A stretch of DNA of 52,478 nucleotides from Deltaproteobacteria bacterium. Lineage in GTDB: Bacteria; Desulfobacterota; JACPFL01. Positions within the stretch are counted from its first letter, which is position 1. The number at the start of each line of letters is the position of its first letter. The stretch covers positions 1-52,478 of the forward strand of contig JACPFL010000094.1 of assembly GCA_016183025.1 (NCBI GenBank). Reading direction: 5' to 3'. The translations under genes and the position numbers were made by a program. A model generated the notes under the pieces. That model ran no database searches, was not told where the DNA came from, and worked only from the letters and a program-made list of their open reading frames with translations. Shown here in pieces: positions 1 through 7,728 of the stretch.

Positions 1-570
1 GGCGGTTCCGACTACGAGGGTCCGCTCCCGGAGCCGTCCGTCGAGGAAGACCCCCTCCAGTGTGGCGCTGGGCGGCAGTGTGGCGCTGGGCGGCGGGGCT
101 GGCGCCTCGCCTGCTGTCGCGGGAGTCGCCCTCGATGGCGCACCCGCCGCGGGCCGGCCCCGCAGCTCCGCCCTCAGCCCGGCCACGGCCTGATCAGCCC
201 GGGCGAGCCGGCTGTGCACCCCCCTCAGCTCCGCGCCGAGGCGCGTCAGGTCAGCTCGGACCCCAGCCTGGGCCCGCTCGGCCTGCGCCTGATCCCGGGT
301 CACGGCCTCCAGCCGCCCTCGGACCCCGACCACTTCACGCGCGAGCCGCTCCATCTCCCGGCTCTGGGCGCTCCCCTGCTGGGCCAGCCGCTTGATCTCT
401 CCCACGAGCGGTGACAGCATGGCCCGTGTCTGGCGTTGCTGCCAGATACTGGCAGCCACGACGCCCACCACCACGAGGCAGGCCACCGCCGCAATCACGC
501 CCAGCCCCCATCCGCTGCGCGCGGCCCGCTGCCGCTGGTACCGACCCGGCACAATTATCGGCTCCGTCAT
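1..570 (-). CDS. Partial (3' end outside window) single-pass membrane protein with coiled-coil region and Pro/Ala-rich linker
   Basis: Manual translation from ATG at 570: MTEPIIVPGRYQRQRAARSGWGLGVIAAVACLVVVGVVAASIWQQRQTRAMLSPLVGEIKRLAQQ...; open to position 1. Absent from the ORF track because it has no stop in the window. Confidence 0.7.
   Translation of the reverse strand, partial: MTEPIIVPGRYQRQRAARSGWGLGVIAAVACLVVVGVVAASIWQQRQTRAMLSPLVGEIKRLAQQGSAQSREMERLAREVVGVRGRLEAVTRDQAQAERAQAGVRADLTRLGAELRGVHSRLARADQAVAGLRAELRGRPAAGAPSRATPATAGEAPAPPPSATLPPSATLEGVFLDGRLRERTLVVGTA
58..93. repeat. Perfect 18-bp tandem duplication (CAGTGTGGCGCTGGGCGG x2), encoding PPSATL x2 on minus strand
   Basis: Read directly: 58-75 identical to 76-93. 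Confidence 0.9.
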
Positions 571-729
571 CGTGGGCTCCACCCGGCTCAGCCGCGTTTT
601 ATTTTCAGCCTACCCCCGCCTCGTTCGGCGCGTCAAGCGCTGGAGTGGCAGGAACTGCATAAGCCACGCCAGGTTAAGGGACCAACGGCGACCTCTGACG
701 GTGCACAGTTCGAAGGGGGCACGGCGCAG

Positions 730-745
730 TGTGACCCCGGTCACT
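730..745. promoter_or_regulatory. CRP/FNR-family-like palindrome TGTGA-N6-TCACT in divergent intergenic region
   Basis: TGTGACCCCGGTCACT; 9/10 match to the CRP consensus TGTGA-N6-TCACA; lies between divergent starts at 570 and 838. Confidence 0.45.
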
Positions 746-837
746 GCATCCCGTTCGCCTCTATGCGATGAGGATGGCCTTTGCTGCGGGTGGCCCGAGT
801 CGGGACTCGAGCCGGGACGCGGCCGCGAGGAGGAGCC

Positions 838-1089
838 ATGGGCTTCCTGCTGTTCGCCGGGATCATCATTGCAGGCTACGGCGTCATCAGCCTCGCCAGT
901 CCGGAGCTGCTGCACCGTGCAGCCCTCTGGTGGGACCACCTCTTCCTGCAGGCGAGCGACGCGGCGGAGCTCCACCGGCGGCCCATCGGGCTCGTCTGCC
1001 TGCTCGTGGCCGTCGTCCTCTTCATCTCGGCCTACCGCCTGCGCCAGGTCAGCATCGGGGCCATGTTCCGGCTGTTCTTCTGCCCATGA
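838..1089 (+). CDS. Small (83 aa) two-TM hypothetical membrane protein
   Basis: GAGGAGGAG RBS just before ATG 838; two hydrophobic segments (GFLLFAGIIIAGYGVISLA; IGLVCLLVAVVLFISAY); high GC3. Confidence 0.75.
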   Translation: MGFLLFAGIIIAGYGVISLASPELLHRAALWWDHLFLQASDAAELHRRPIGLVCLLVAVVLFISAYRLRQVSIGAMFRLFFCP

Positions 1090-1170
1090 CTTCTCCCGGC
1101 CATGGGCAGATCCGGCCCTCCCCCGCACTTTTCCCCTTGCCCTCTTTCTTCAGGCGCAGTATAAACAGCC

Positions 1171-1187
1171 CTGGCACACGGCTTGCG
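1171..1187 (+). promoter_or_regulatory. Sigma54 (RpoN) -24/-12 promoter
   Basis: CTGGCACACGGCTTGCG: TGGCAC-N5-TTGC with exact GG-N10-GC spacing, ~210 nt upstream of the FecR-domain gene. Confidence 0.75.
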
Positions 1188-1396
1188 ACCCTGGAGCACC
1201 GTGACCCGGCGCCGAAGAGAAGGAAAGCCGGAATGAGGCCATCAGGCCAGAGAACGCTCCAGCAGTTGCTTGCGGTTGCCTCCCCCCAGGCAGCCCATGC
1301 GCGCGCAGCGGTCGGGCTTAGCCTCCCGCCCGCTGAGCTACCCTTTTTGTGGCTCTCACCCCGGAAGTTGTAGCCCGCTGGGCGGAGGGTAGAGCG

Positions 1397-2608
1397 ATGG
1401 AGAGGCGTGGATCCTGGCTCACGGCCGGCGGCGTCCTAGGAATCGGGCTCATCCTTCTCGTGGTCGGCGTTCAGCCGGCCTTCCCCATGGGGGGACGCCC
1501 CGAGGCGGAGGTGGCGGCCCCCGTGATCACGGTCAACCACGGCACCGTGGAGGTCCTCCCCCGTGGCGCCACGCAGTGGAAGCGCGCCTTCATCAATATG
1601 GCCCTGGCTCCCGGCGACACCCTGCGTACGGCCCCTCGCTCCAAGACGGAGATCCGCTTCCCTGGCGGCACCATCCGGGTCTTCGAAAACACGATCTTCG
1701 AGCTGCCGATGCGCCAGGAGGGCGGCAAGGTCTTCATTGACCTGGTCCGCATGCAGCTTGGCGACTCCCTGTTCAGCGTCACCAAGGGCAAGCTCCAGCA
1801 CGGCTTCGAGGTCCATACCCCGCACATGATCGCGGGCGTGCGGGGCACGCTCTTCGGCGTGCACACCGGCCCGCGCACCACGCGCCTGGCGGTGTACGAG
1901 GGCGTGGTGGCCGTCACCGACCGGCAGGCGCGGGCTGAGGGGCTGCGGGAGGTCCGGCCCTCGCAGATCACCGAGGTGGTCCGTGGCGCCCTGCCGACCG
2001 CGCCCAAGACCGTTCCGCTCACCAACCCGTGGCGGGGGTGGGAACAGCCGACGAACAACCGGATCCAAGATCTCGCGCCAAAGGGAGCGCCCACCCCCCC
2101 CTCGACCCCCGGTTCCTCCACACAGGGGAGCACAGGTGGCCGCGATCGCCAGGGCACGGCTAGCGGCACCTCCGCGTCCAGCACCGGATCAGACGCCCGT
2201 GCCACCACCAGTAGCACCGCCGCGCCAACCCCAGGCACCGGCGGTTCTACAGGGGCAGATCCCCGGGCGACCACCCGGGGGACTACCGGGGAAACCCTGC
2301 AGGGCCTGAGGGCGAGCAGCGAGTCCACACGGTCCCTGAGCGGCGAGGCTGCCAGGACTGCCCAGGAAGCCGCGAAGGAGGCTGCCAAGGCTGCCACGGA
2401 AGCGGCAAAGGCGGCGGCAGAAGCTGTCAAGGACGCGGCCAAGGCGGCCACCGAGGCCGCCAGAGAGGCGGCCAGGGAGGCCGCAAGGGAAGCGGCTAAA
2501 GCCGCCACCGAGACCGCCAAGGAGGCGGCCAAGAGCGCTGCCAAGGAGGCGGCCAAGCTCGCCAGCGAAGCCGCCATCGCAGGCAGCCGTTCGCCCTGCT
2601 TGCTGTAG
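1397..2608 (+). CDS. Exported FecR-domain protein with Ser/Thr/Gly linker and EAAK-type helical repeats; apparently truncated by an insert (full gene probably 1397..3112)
   Basis: GGAGG RBS, signal peptide-like N-terminus, FecR-like motifs (GDTLRT, FEVHTP, AGVRGTLFGV, VYEGVVAV); stop at 2606-2608 lies inside the low-GC insert. Confidence 0.8.
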   Translation: MERRGSWLTAGGVLGIGLILLVVGVQPAFPMGGRPEAEVAAPVITVNHGTVEVLPRGATQWKRAFINMALAPGDTLRTAPRSKTEIRFPGGTIRVFENTIFELPMRQEGGKVFIDLVRMQLGDSLFSVTKGKLQHGFEVHTPHMIAGVRGTLFGVHTGPRTTRLAVYEGVVAVTDRQARAEGLREVRPSQITEVVRGALPTAPKTVPLTNPWRGWEQPTNNRIQDLAPKGAPTPPSTPGSSTQGSTGGRDRQGTASGTSASSTGSDARATTSSTAAPTPGTGGSTGADPRATTRGTTGETLQGLRASSESTRSLSGEAARTAQEAAKEAAKAATEAAKAAAEAVKDAAKAATEAAREAAREAAREAAKAATETAKEAAKSAAKEAAKLASEAAIAGSRSPCLL

Positions 2609-3060
2609 TTGGTTCAGTGTCCACTGTCAGTCCATAGTGGGAGTGATTCGAACGACCTTACAGAGTTGAGCGCAGCTGATCTTCGACTTCCTGACTGACA
2701 TCACGCCAAAGACACGGCCAAAGAGGCGGCCAAGGACGCCTCCAAAGAGGCCGCTAAAGACGTCGCCAAGGACACCGCCAAAGAGGCGGCCAAGGACGCC
2801 TCCAAAGAGGCCGCCAAGGACGTCGCCAAGGACACCGCCAAGGACGTGGCCAAAGACGTCGCCAAAGACACGGCCAAAGACGTGGCCAAAGACGCCGCCA
2901 AAGACGCCGCTAAGGACTCCTCCAAGGCCGCCTCCGAGGTCGCCAAGGAGGCCACAAAGGATGCTGTAAAGGACGCGACCAAGGACGTGGCAAAGGATAC
3001 TGCGAAGGAGGCGACAAAGGATGTGGCGAAGGATGCGGTAAAGGATGTGGCCAAGGAGAG
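2345..3060 (+). repeat. Coding low-complexity 12-bp (4-aa) repeat tract A-K-[DE]-x, with a 60-bp higher-order duplication at ~2704-2841
   Basis: EAAK/EAAR units up to 2576; KDVA/KDTA/KEAA/KDAS units from 2705; sequence lines starting at 2701 and 2761 align almost base for base. Confidence 0.9.
2577..2703. other. 127-bp compositionally foreign segment interrupting the repeat tract (insertion element or assembly gap-fill)
   Basis: Hand count 68/127 GC (~54%); flanked by CGCCA at 2572-2576 and 2704-2708; in-frame TAG (2606) and TGA (2696). Confidence 0.7.
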
Positions 3061-3112
3061 TGCCAGCGGGAGTGGAAAGTCCGACGGCGGGAGCGAGAAG
3101 AAAGGGAAGTAG
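2705..3112 (+). pseudogene. Orphaned C-terminal part of the FecR-domain repeat protein (AKD/AKE repeats plus SGSGKSDGGSEKKGK tail)
   Basis: Same reading frame as 1397..2608; no own RBS/start at 2705; continues the same repeat. Confidence 0.7.
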
Positions 3113-4634
3113 TCCGGCCGGGTGCTCTTCGGACACCCTCTCTGCGCGATCTGCTTACAGTCGACCCCTGTCCGGCGTAGCCCTCCTCATTGTGGTGACC
3201 CTGGCCCCTTCATGGACCCGGGCTCAAGAGGCCCGGGAGTGGCTCAGCCGGGGCCAGGCCCACTTCGAGCGCCAGGAGTTCGAGCAGGCCGCCGAGGCCT
3301 TCGAGCGGGCCACCGAGGCCGCCCCCGACGAGGCAGAGCCCCACTTCCTCCTGGGCCTGACGTATGCCCGCCTCCGCGACTACCCGCGCGCGGCTGCCGC
3401 ACTCCTGAACGCTCGCGACCGGGACCCGGACCTGGAAGGACTCCCGCGCGAGCTTGGCGTGGCCCTCTATCGGATCGAGAGCTACGAGGCCGCGGCCGAG
3501 GCCCTCGAGGGGGCGGTGGAGCTGGAGCCCGACAACGCGGTGGCGCGGTACTACTTAGGCCTGGCCCGCTACCAGCTCGGGGAGTACCAGGCGGCCATCG
3601 AAGAGCTGGCCAGGGCGCGGGAGCTGGAGCCGGAGTTCACCACAGCCGTGACCCTGTACACCGGGCTGGCCTGGTTCCGGGCCGGCCGCTACCGCGAGGC
3701 CCGCGACAGCTTCGCCCGGCTCGTCACGGCCAGCCCCGGCTCCGAGGAGGCCAACCTGGCCCGCCGCTACCTGGAGACTATCGAGGAGCGGCTGCGCGGG
3801 CCGAAGCGCTGGAGCCTGCAGGCCAGCGCCGGGGTCGAGTACAACGACAACGTCACCACGTCCGCAGTCGAGACGATCACGGGCGAGCCGGACGTGGCTG
3901 CCGTCTTCACCGTCTCGGCCGAGGTCAAGCCGCTCCTGACCCCGACCTGGGAGGCGGCCCTCGACTACAACTTCTTCCTGACGGTGTACGAGGAGCTGAA
4001 GGCCCAGAACATCGAGGCCCACACGCCCGGCCTCACCCTCGCCTTCAAGCAGGGGCCGTGGGAGTTCGGGCTGCGCTACGCCTTTGACTACATCTACCTG
4101 TCGAGCAGCCGCGATGGCCTCCTCCGGATCCAGAACCTGAGCCCCACGGTCAGCGTGCTCGCCACCCCCACCCTGTACACCCAGGTTCGCTACCGCTTCC
4201 AGGACAAGGACTTCTTCACCAGCCCCGACCGCACCGGGACCAACAACGGGGTCGGGATCACGCAGTACGTGTTCTTCGACGGGGGCAAGGGCTACGTCTC
4301 CGGGACCTACCGCTACGAGCTGGAGAACACCCGCAGCCCCGACTTCGATTACCAGGGGCACCGCCCTAGCCTGAGCCTCCGCCTCCCCCTGCCCCTCGAG
4401 GTCCGCTTCGACCTGAACCTGGAGTACTACGTCAAGCAGTTCCGCCACATCGACTCGACCGCGGGCAACCAGCGGCACGACGAGCGCTGGGGCTTCTCCA
4501 CCCGGTTCTCCAGGCCGGTCGCAGCCCCCCTCCGGTTGACCCTGGAGTACAGCTACACCAACAACCACTCCACGATCCGGAGCTTCACGTACCGCGAGAA
4601 CATCGTTGGGCTCAACCTGACCGCATCCTTCTGA
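3072..4634 (+). CDS. TPR-repeat protein with C-terminal outer-membrane beta-barrel (DUF560/Slam-like architecture)
   Basis: Hydrophobic signal-like segment, ~5 TPR units (e.g. AEPHFLLGLTY, AVARYYLGLARYQLG), then alternating aromatic beta-strands from WSLQASAGVEYNDNV, ending GLNLTASF (beta-signal). Start uncertain (3045/3072). Confidence 0.8.
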   Translation: MESPTAGARRKGSSPAGCSSDTLSARSAYSRPLSGVALLIVVTLAPSWTRAQEAREWLSRGQAHFERQEFEQAAEAFERATEAAPDEAEPHFLLGLTYARLRDYPRAAAALLNARDRDPDLEGLPRELGVALYRIESYEAAAEALEGAVELEPDNAVARYYLGLARYQLGEYQAAIEELARARELEPEFTTAVTLYTGLAWFRAGRYREARDSFARLVTASPGSEEANLARRYLETIEERLRGPKRWSLQASAGVEYNDNVTTSAVETITGEPDVAAVFTVSAEVKPLLTPTWEAALDYNFFLTVYEELKAQNIEAHTPGLTLAFKQGPWEFGLRYAFDYIYLSSSRDGLLRIQNLSPTVSVLATPTLYTQVRYRFQDKDFFTSPDRTGTNNGVGITQYVFFDGGKGYVSGTYRYELENTRSPDFDYQGHRPSLSLRLPLPLEVRFDLNLEYYVKQFRHIDSTAGNQRHDERWGFSTRFSRPVAAPLRLTLEYSYTNNHSTIRSFTYRENIVGLNLTASF

Positions 4635-4645
4635 GCCGGGCCCGC

Positions 4646-6907
4646 TCAACGTGAGGCTTCGAGGGCGGGGATCAGCTCCCGGAGAAAGCCCTGGGAGGGG
4701 TCCTCGGTGAGGGCCCGGCGGAAGGCCGCAGCGGCCTCGGGCCGCCGCCCCTGGCGCAGGGCCGTCCACCCCATCCCCAGCAGCGCCGGGACAAATCGGG
4801 GGTTCGCGGCAAGGGCCTCCCGGAACTCAGCCTCAGCCTCCCTGACCCGCCCCTGCCCCAGAAGCGTCCGCCCGATCTCCACTCGAACCACTGCCTGCGG
4901 CCCGGGCGCCGCCAGGGCGTCCCGAAAGGCCGCCAGGGCCTCCTCGTACCGGCCGAGCTGGCGCAGGAGCTGACCGGTCAGGTACCGGACGGCGGGCTGG
5001 TCGGGTCCGGGGCGCGCGATCGGCTGGAGCACGGCGAGCCCCTCCGCAGGCTGTCCGGTCCGCCCATAGGCCTCGGCCAGGACGAGTCGTGCCTGCAGCG
5101 GGGCCTCGCCCCGGCGGACGGCCTCGCGGAGCAGGGCGATGGCCCGATCGGGCAACCCCGCCTGGAGCAGGGCGCGGCCGACCTGGTAGGCCGAGAGGTG
5201 GCGGCCCGGGTTCAGGCGCCGCGCCTGCTCCAACAGCTCCCCGACCTCGGCCTGGCGCGCCTGCGCCTGCTCCCCGCCGTGCACGAGGTAGAGCTGGGCC
5301 AGGAGCCAGTACGGCGCATCGTCCCGCGGGCTCAGGGCCATGCCACGGCGCAGCGCGGTCTCGACCTCCACGAGCAGGCGCCCCTGCCCGGTGCGCCGAT
5401 ACTGGGCCAGCAGGGCTCCGCCGAGGTTGACCACATAGCCCGCCACCACCGGGTCCAGTCGGGTGGCCAGCCGGAAGGCCCGGGCCGCCTCTTCAGGCTG
5501 TCCGGCCTTCAGGCGGGCAATGCCGCGCTGATTGATGAGGGAGACGACGTACGGGTGGACCAGCGCCAGGGCCAGCAGGAGTCCGGCCGCGGTCACGACG
5601 GCCTGCCCCCGCCGGGCTGCCCACCCCTCCGCGGCCCAGGCCATCCGATGCACGGAGAGGACCCCCGCGCGCGCGGCGAGCTGCAGCACGAATGCGGCAT
5701 AGCCGGCGAACAGCAGGAGCAGCCCCGGGACGCGGAGGTTGAAGTCCCCCCCGCTGTGGAGCAGCAACCCCACGGCCCCGGCCAGCGCCCCGCCCAGGGC
5801 GAGCTGCTCCTGCGGGCCCAGTCCGGGCGCGCCCACTGCCCGAAGCCCCGCCAGCAGGATCGCCCCCAGGAAGAGCAGCAGGGGCAGGGTCCCCAGCGCG
5901 CCTACCTCCGCCCAGAACTGCAGGTAGTCGTTGTGCGCGAAGAAGTGCACCTCGTTCGGGAAAAAGCGGGTGTTCATGAACTGCGGGTAGACCTGGTGGT
6001 AGGTGGCGATCCCCGTGCCCAGGATCGGCTGGCGGCGGATCACCTCCCAGGCGCTGCCCCACATGATCAGCCGGGCCTGCCACCCGCCCGGCACCGCGAC
6101 CGTCGGCGCCTCGGGCCCGACCGGCTGGAGGAGCTCGGCCGTCCGCCCCCCCAGGATCACGCGGGACTCGGAGGGGATCGTCCTCAGGAGGACGGCCGTG
6201 ACCAGGAGGAGCATGACACCGAGCGCTGCCAACCACCCCCGGTTGGCCCGGACCATCTCCCGGAAGCCGCCCCAGCGCCACGTCAGGACGATCAACAGGG
6301 CCAGGGCTCCCCCGACCCCGCCGATCCAGGCCCCGCGGCTCCCGCTGAGCAGGAGGGCCGCGTAGTGGAGGAGCACCAGGCCCAGCCCGCCAAACCGTCG
6401 CCAGGGCGAGGGCGGCCCCCCAAGCCAGGCTAGGGCGAGGGGCGGGAGGACGAGGACCAGGAGGGCGGCAAAGGTGTTCGGCACGACGAAGATCGAATGG
6501 GCCCGCGGCCCGTACGCCCCGCCCCCCAGGTAGACCTGCGCGATCCCGTGGACGGAGGCGGCGGTCGAGAAAGCCAGCAGCACCTGGAAGAGCCGCCGCC
6601 ACGCGGCCCAGGGCCAGCGGGCGGCCAGCAGCGCGTACAGCACGCCCAGGGTCATCCCGTAGAGCACGGTGCCGTACCGGCTCAGGGCCCGATCGACCGC
6701 GTAGAGGTTCGAGAGGACGACCACGGCCAGGAAGGCGAGGGCAGCCAGGTGCAGCCGCCGTCCCGGGATGGTGACCTCCCCCTCATCGAGGACCTGTCGG
6801 GCGATCACCAGAACCAGGAGGAGCGCCAGGAGCGAGACTGCCGTGATGAAGCCATACCGGTAGGGGCCCGGATCGAAGGGCGCCAGCAGGAGCAGGGCCG
6901 CGGCCAC
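4646..6907 (-). CDS. O-antigen ligase/Wzy_C family membrane protein with C-terminal TPR repeats
   Basis: Many TM helices, motifs PNTFAA, SGSRGAW, RLIMW, PILGTG, AHNDYLQ; TPR repeats in C-terminal third. Confidence 0.85.
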   Translation of the reverse strand: MAAALLLLAPFDPGPYRYGFITAVSLLALLLVLVIARQVLDEGEVTIPGRRLHLAALAFLAVVVLSNLYAVDRALSRYGTVLYGMTLGVLYALLAARWPWAAWRRLFQVLLAFSTAASVHGIAQVYLGGGAYGPRAHSIFVVPNTFAALLVLVLPPLALAWLGGPPSPWRRFGGLGLVLLHYAALLLSGSRGAWIGGVGGALALLIVLTWRWGGFREMVRANRGWLAALGVMLLLVTAVLLRTIPSESRVILGGRTAELLQPVGPEAPTVAVPGGWQARLIMWGSAWEVIRRQPILGTGIATYHQVYPQFMNTRFFPNEVHFFAHNDYLQFWAEVGALGTLPLLLFLGAILLAGLRAVGAPGLGPQEQLALGGALAGAVGLLLHSGGDFNLRVPGLLLLFAGYAAFVLQLAARAGVLSVHRMAWAAEGWAARRGQAVVTAAGLLLALALVHPYVVSLINQRGIARLKAGQPEEAARAFRLATRLDPVVAGYVVNLGGALLAQYRRTGQGRLLVEVETALRRGMALSPRDDAPYWLLAQLYLVHGGEQAQARQAEVGELLEQARRLNPGRHLSAYQVGRALLQAGLPDRAIALLREAVRRGEAPLQARLVLAEAYGRTGQPAEGLAVLQPIARPGPDQPAVRYLTGQLLRQLGRYEEALAAFRDALAAPGPQAVVRVEIGRTLLGQGRVREAEAEFREALAANPRFVPALLGMGWTALRQGRRPEAAAAFRRALTEDPSQGFLRELIPALEASR

Positions 6908-6963
6908 CCCGACGGCTGCCCCGCCAGCGCCCGCGCCCAGGCCGGGGCCCGGGGTTCCGGGGG

Positions 6964-7728
6964 CTATCGGAGGTCCCTCCGCTGGAAGATCGCCGCTGCC
7001 AGTAGGAAGAGGACCGCGGAGATCAACAGCCCGTAGAGCAGGGCCCCGCCTACGACGCTGGCGGGGACCGGGAGCCGGTAGACCACCTGGCCCTTGATGT
7101 TGAAGGTGCTCAGGTTGGGGACCAGGTAGTAGAGGAGTTCCCCCGCGGTCCGGGCCGCGGGACTGCCGATCTTGCCCGCCAGCAGGCGGAAGTTCACCGT
7201 CATGTGCCCGATCACGACGAGCAGCAGCGAGAGCATCGCGCTCAGCGTCCCGGTGGTGAAGGTGGAGAAGAGCAGCGCGATGGCGATGATCAGCATGAGC
7301 TCCATGAAGATGAGGAGCACCGCCGGCAGCAGGCTCAGGTCAAAGGCCCGCTCGGTGAATGCCAGGATCCAGTACATCCAGAGCGTCATCAAACCGATGT
7401 TGACCCCGACGGTGAGCACGAGCCCCAGGTACTTGCCCAGGAGGAACTGCGCCCGGGCCACGGGCTTGGCCGCGATGACGGAGATGGTCCGGCGCTCGAT
7501 CTCCTTGTAGACCAGGCCGATCCCCAGGAACACGCCCATCAGCGTCCCCACGATCCCCATGGCCGCCAGGGAGAAGTCCACCACGATCTTCACGTCCTGA
7601 TGGATGGACAGGGTCCGGAGGAACAGCGAGAGGACGATCAACGCGAGGGCGAAGATCAGGAGGTTGTAGAGGATCCGGTCCCGGATGGCCTCCCGGAAGG
7701 TGTTCAGGGCAATGGCCAGGACCTTCAC
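6964..7728 (-). CDS. ABC-2 type transporter permease (PilI/XapB-like)
   Basis: IALNTFREAIRDRILY, KEIERRTI, KPVARAQFLLGKYLG, FQRRDL motifs; ~6 TM. Confidence 0.85.
   Translation of the reverse strand: MKVLAIALNTFREAIRDRILYNLLIFALALIVLSLFLRTLSIHQDVKIVVDFSLAAMGIVGTLMGVFLGIGLVYKEIERRTISVIAAKPVARAQFLLGKYLGLVLTVGVNIGLMTLWMYWILAFTERAFDLSLLPAVLLIFMELMLIIAIALLFSTFTTGTLSAMLSLLLVVIGHMTVNFRLLAGKIGSPAARTAGELLYYLVPNLSTFNIKGQVVYRLPVPASVVGGALLYGLLISAVLFLLAAAIFQRRDLR

Noticed and set aside
646-660. TGGCAGGAACTGCAT as a second sigma54 promoter
   Set aside because: GG to GC spacing is 8 nt, not the required 10
1191-1262. Glycine riboswitch (CGCCGAAG and TCAGG fragments)
   Set aside because: Lacks the GGAGA and CTCTCAGG core in the right arrangement, and the downstream gene is unrelated to glycine; kept only as an unclassified structure
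2600-2700. tRNA fragment or integron attC inside the low-GC insert (GTTCGAATC on minus strand, GTTGAGC on plus strand)
   Set aside because: No T-stem or cloverleaf can be formed and there is no matching RYYYAAC inverse core
2345-3060. CRISPR array
   Set aside because: Repeats are contiguous, degenerate at third codon positions and have no unique spacers; no cas genes
2627-3136. Minus-strand 169-aa and 117-aa ORFs with GGVL/LAAS repeats
   Set aside because: Antisense shadows of the AK[DE] repeat
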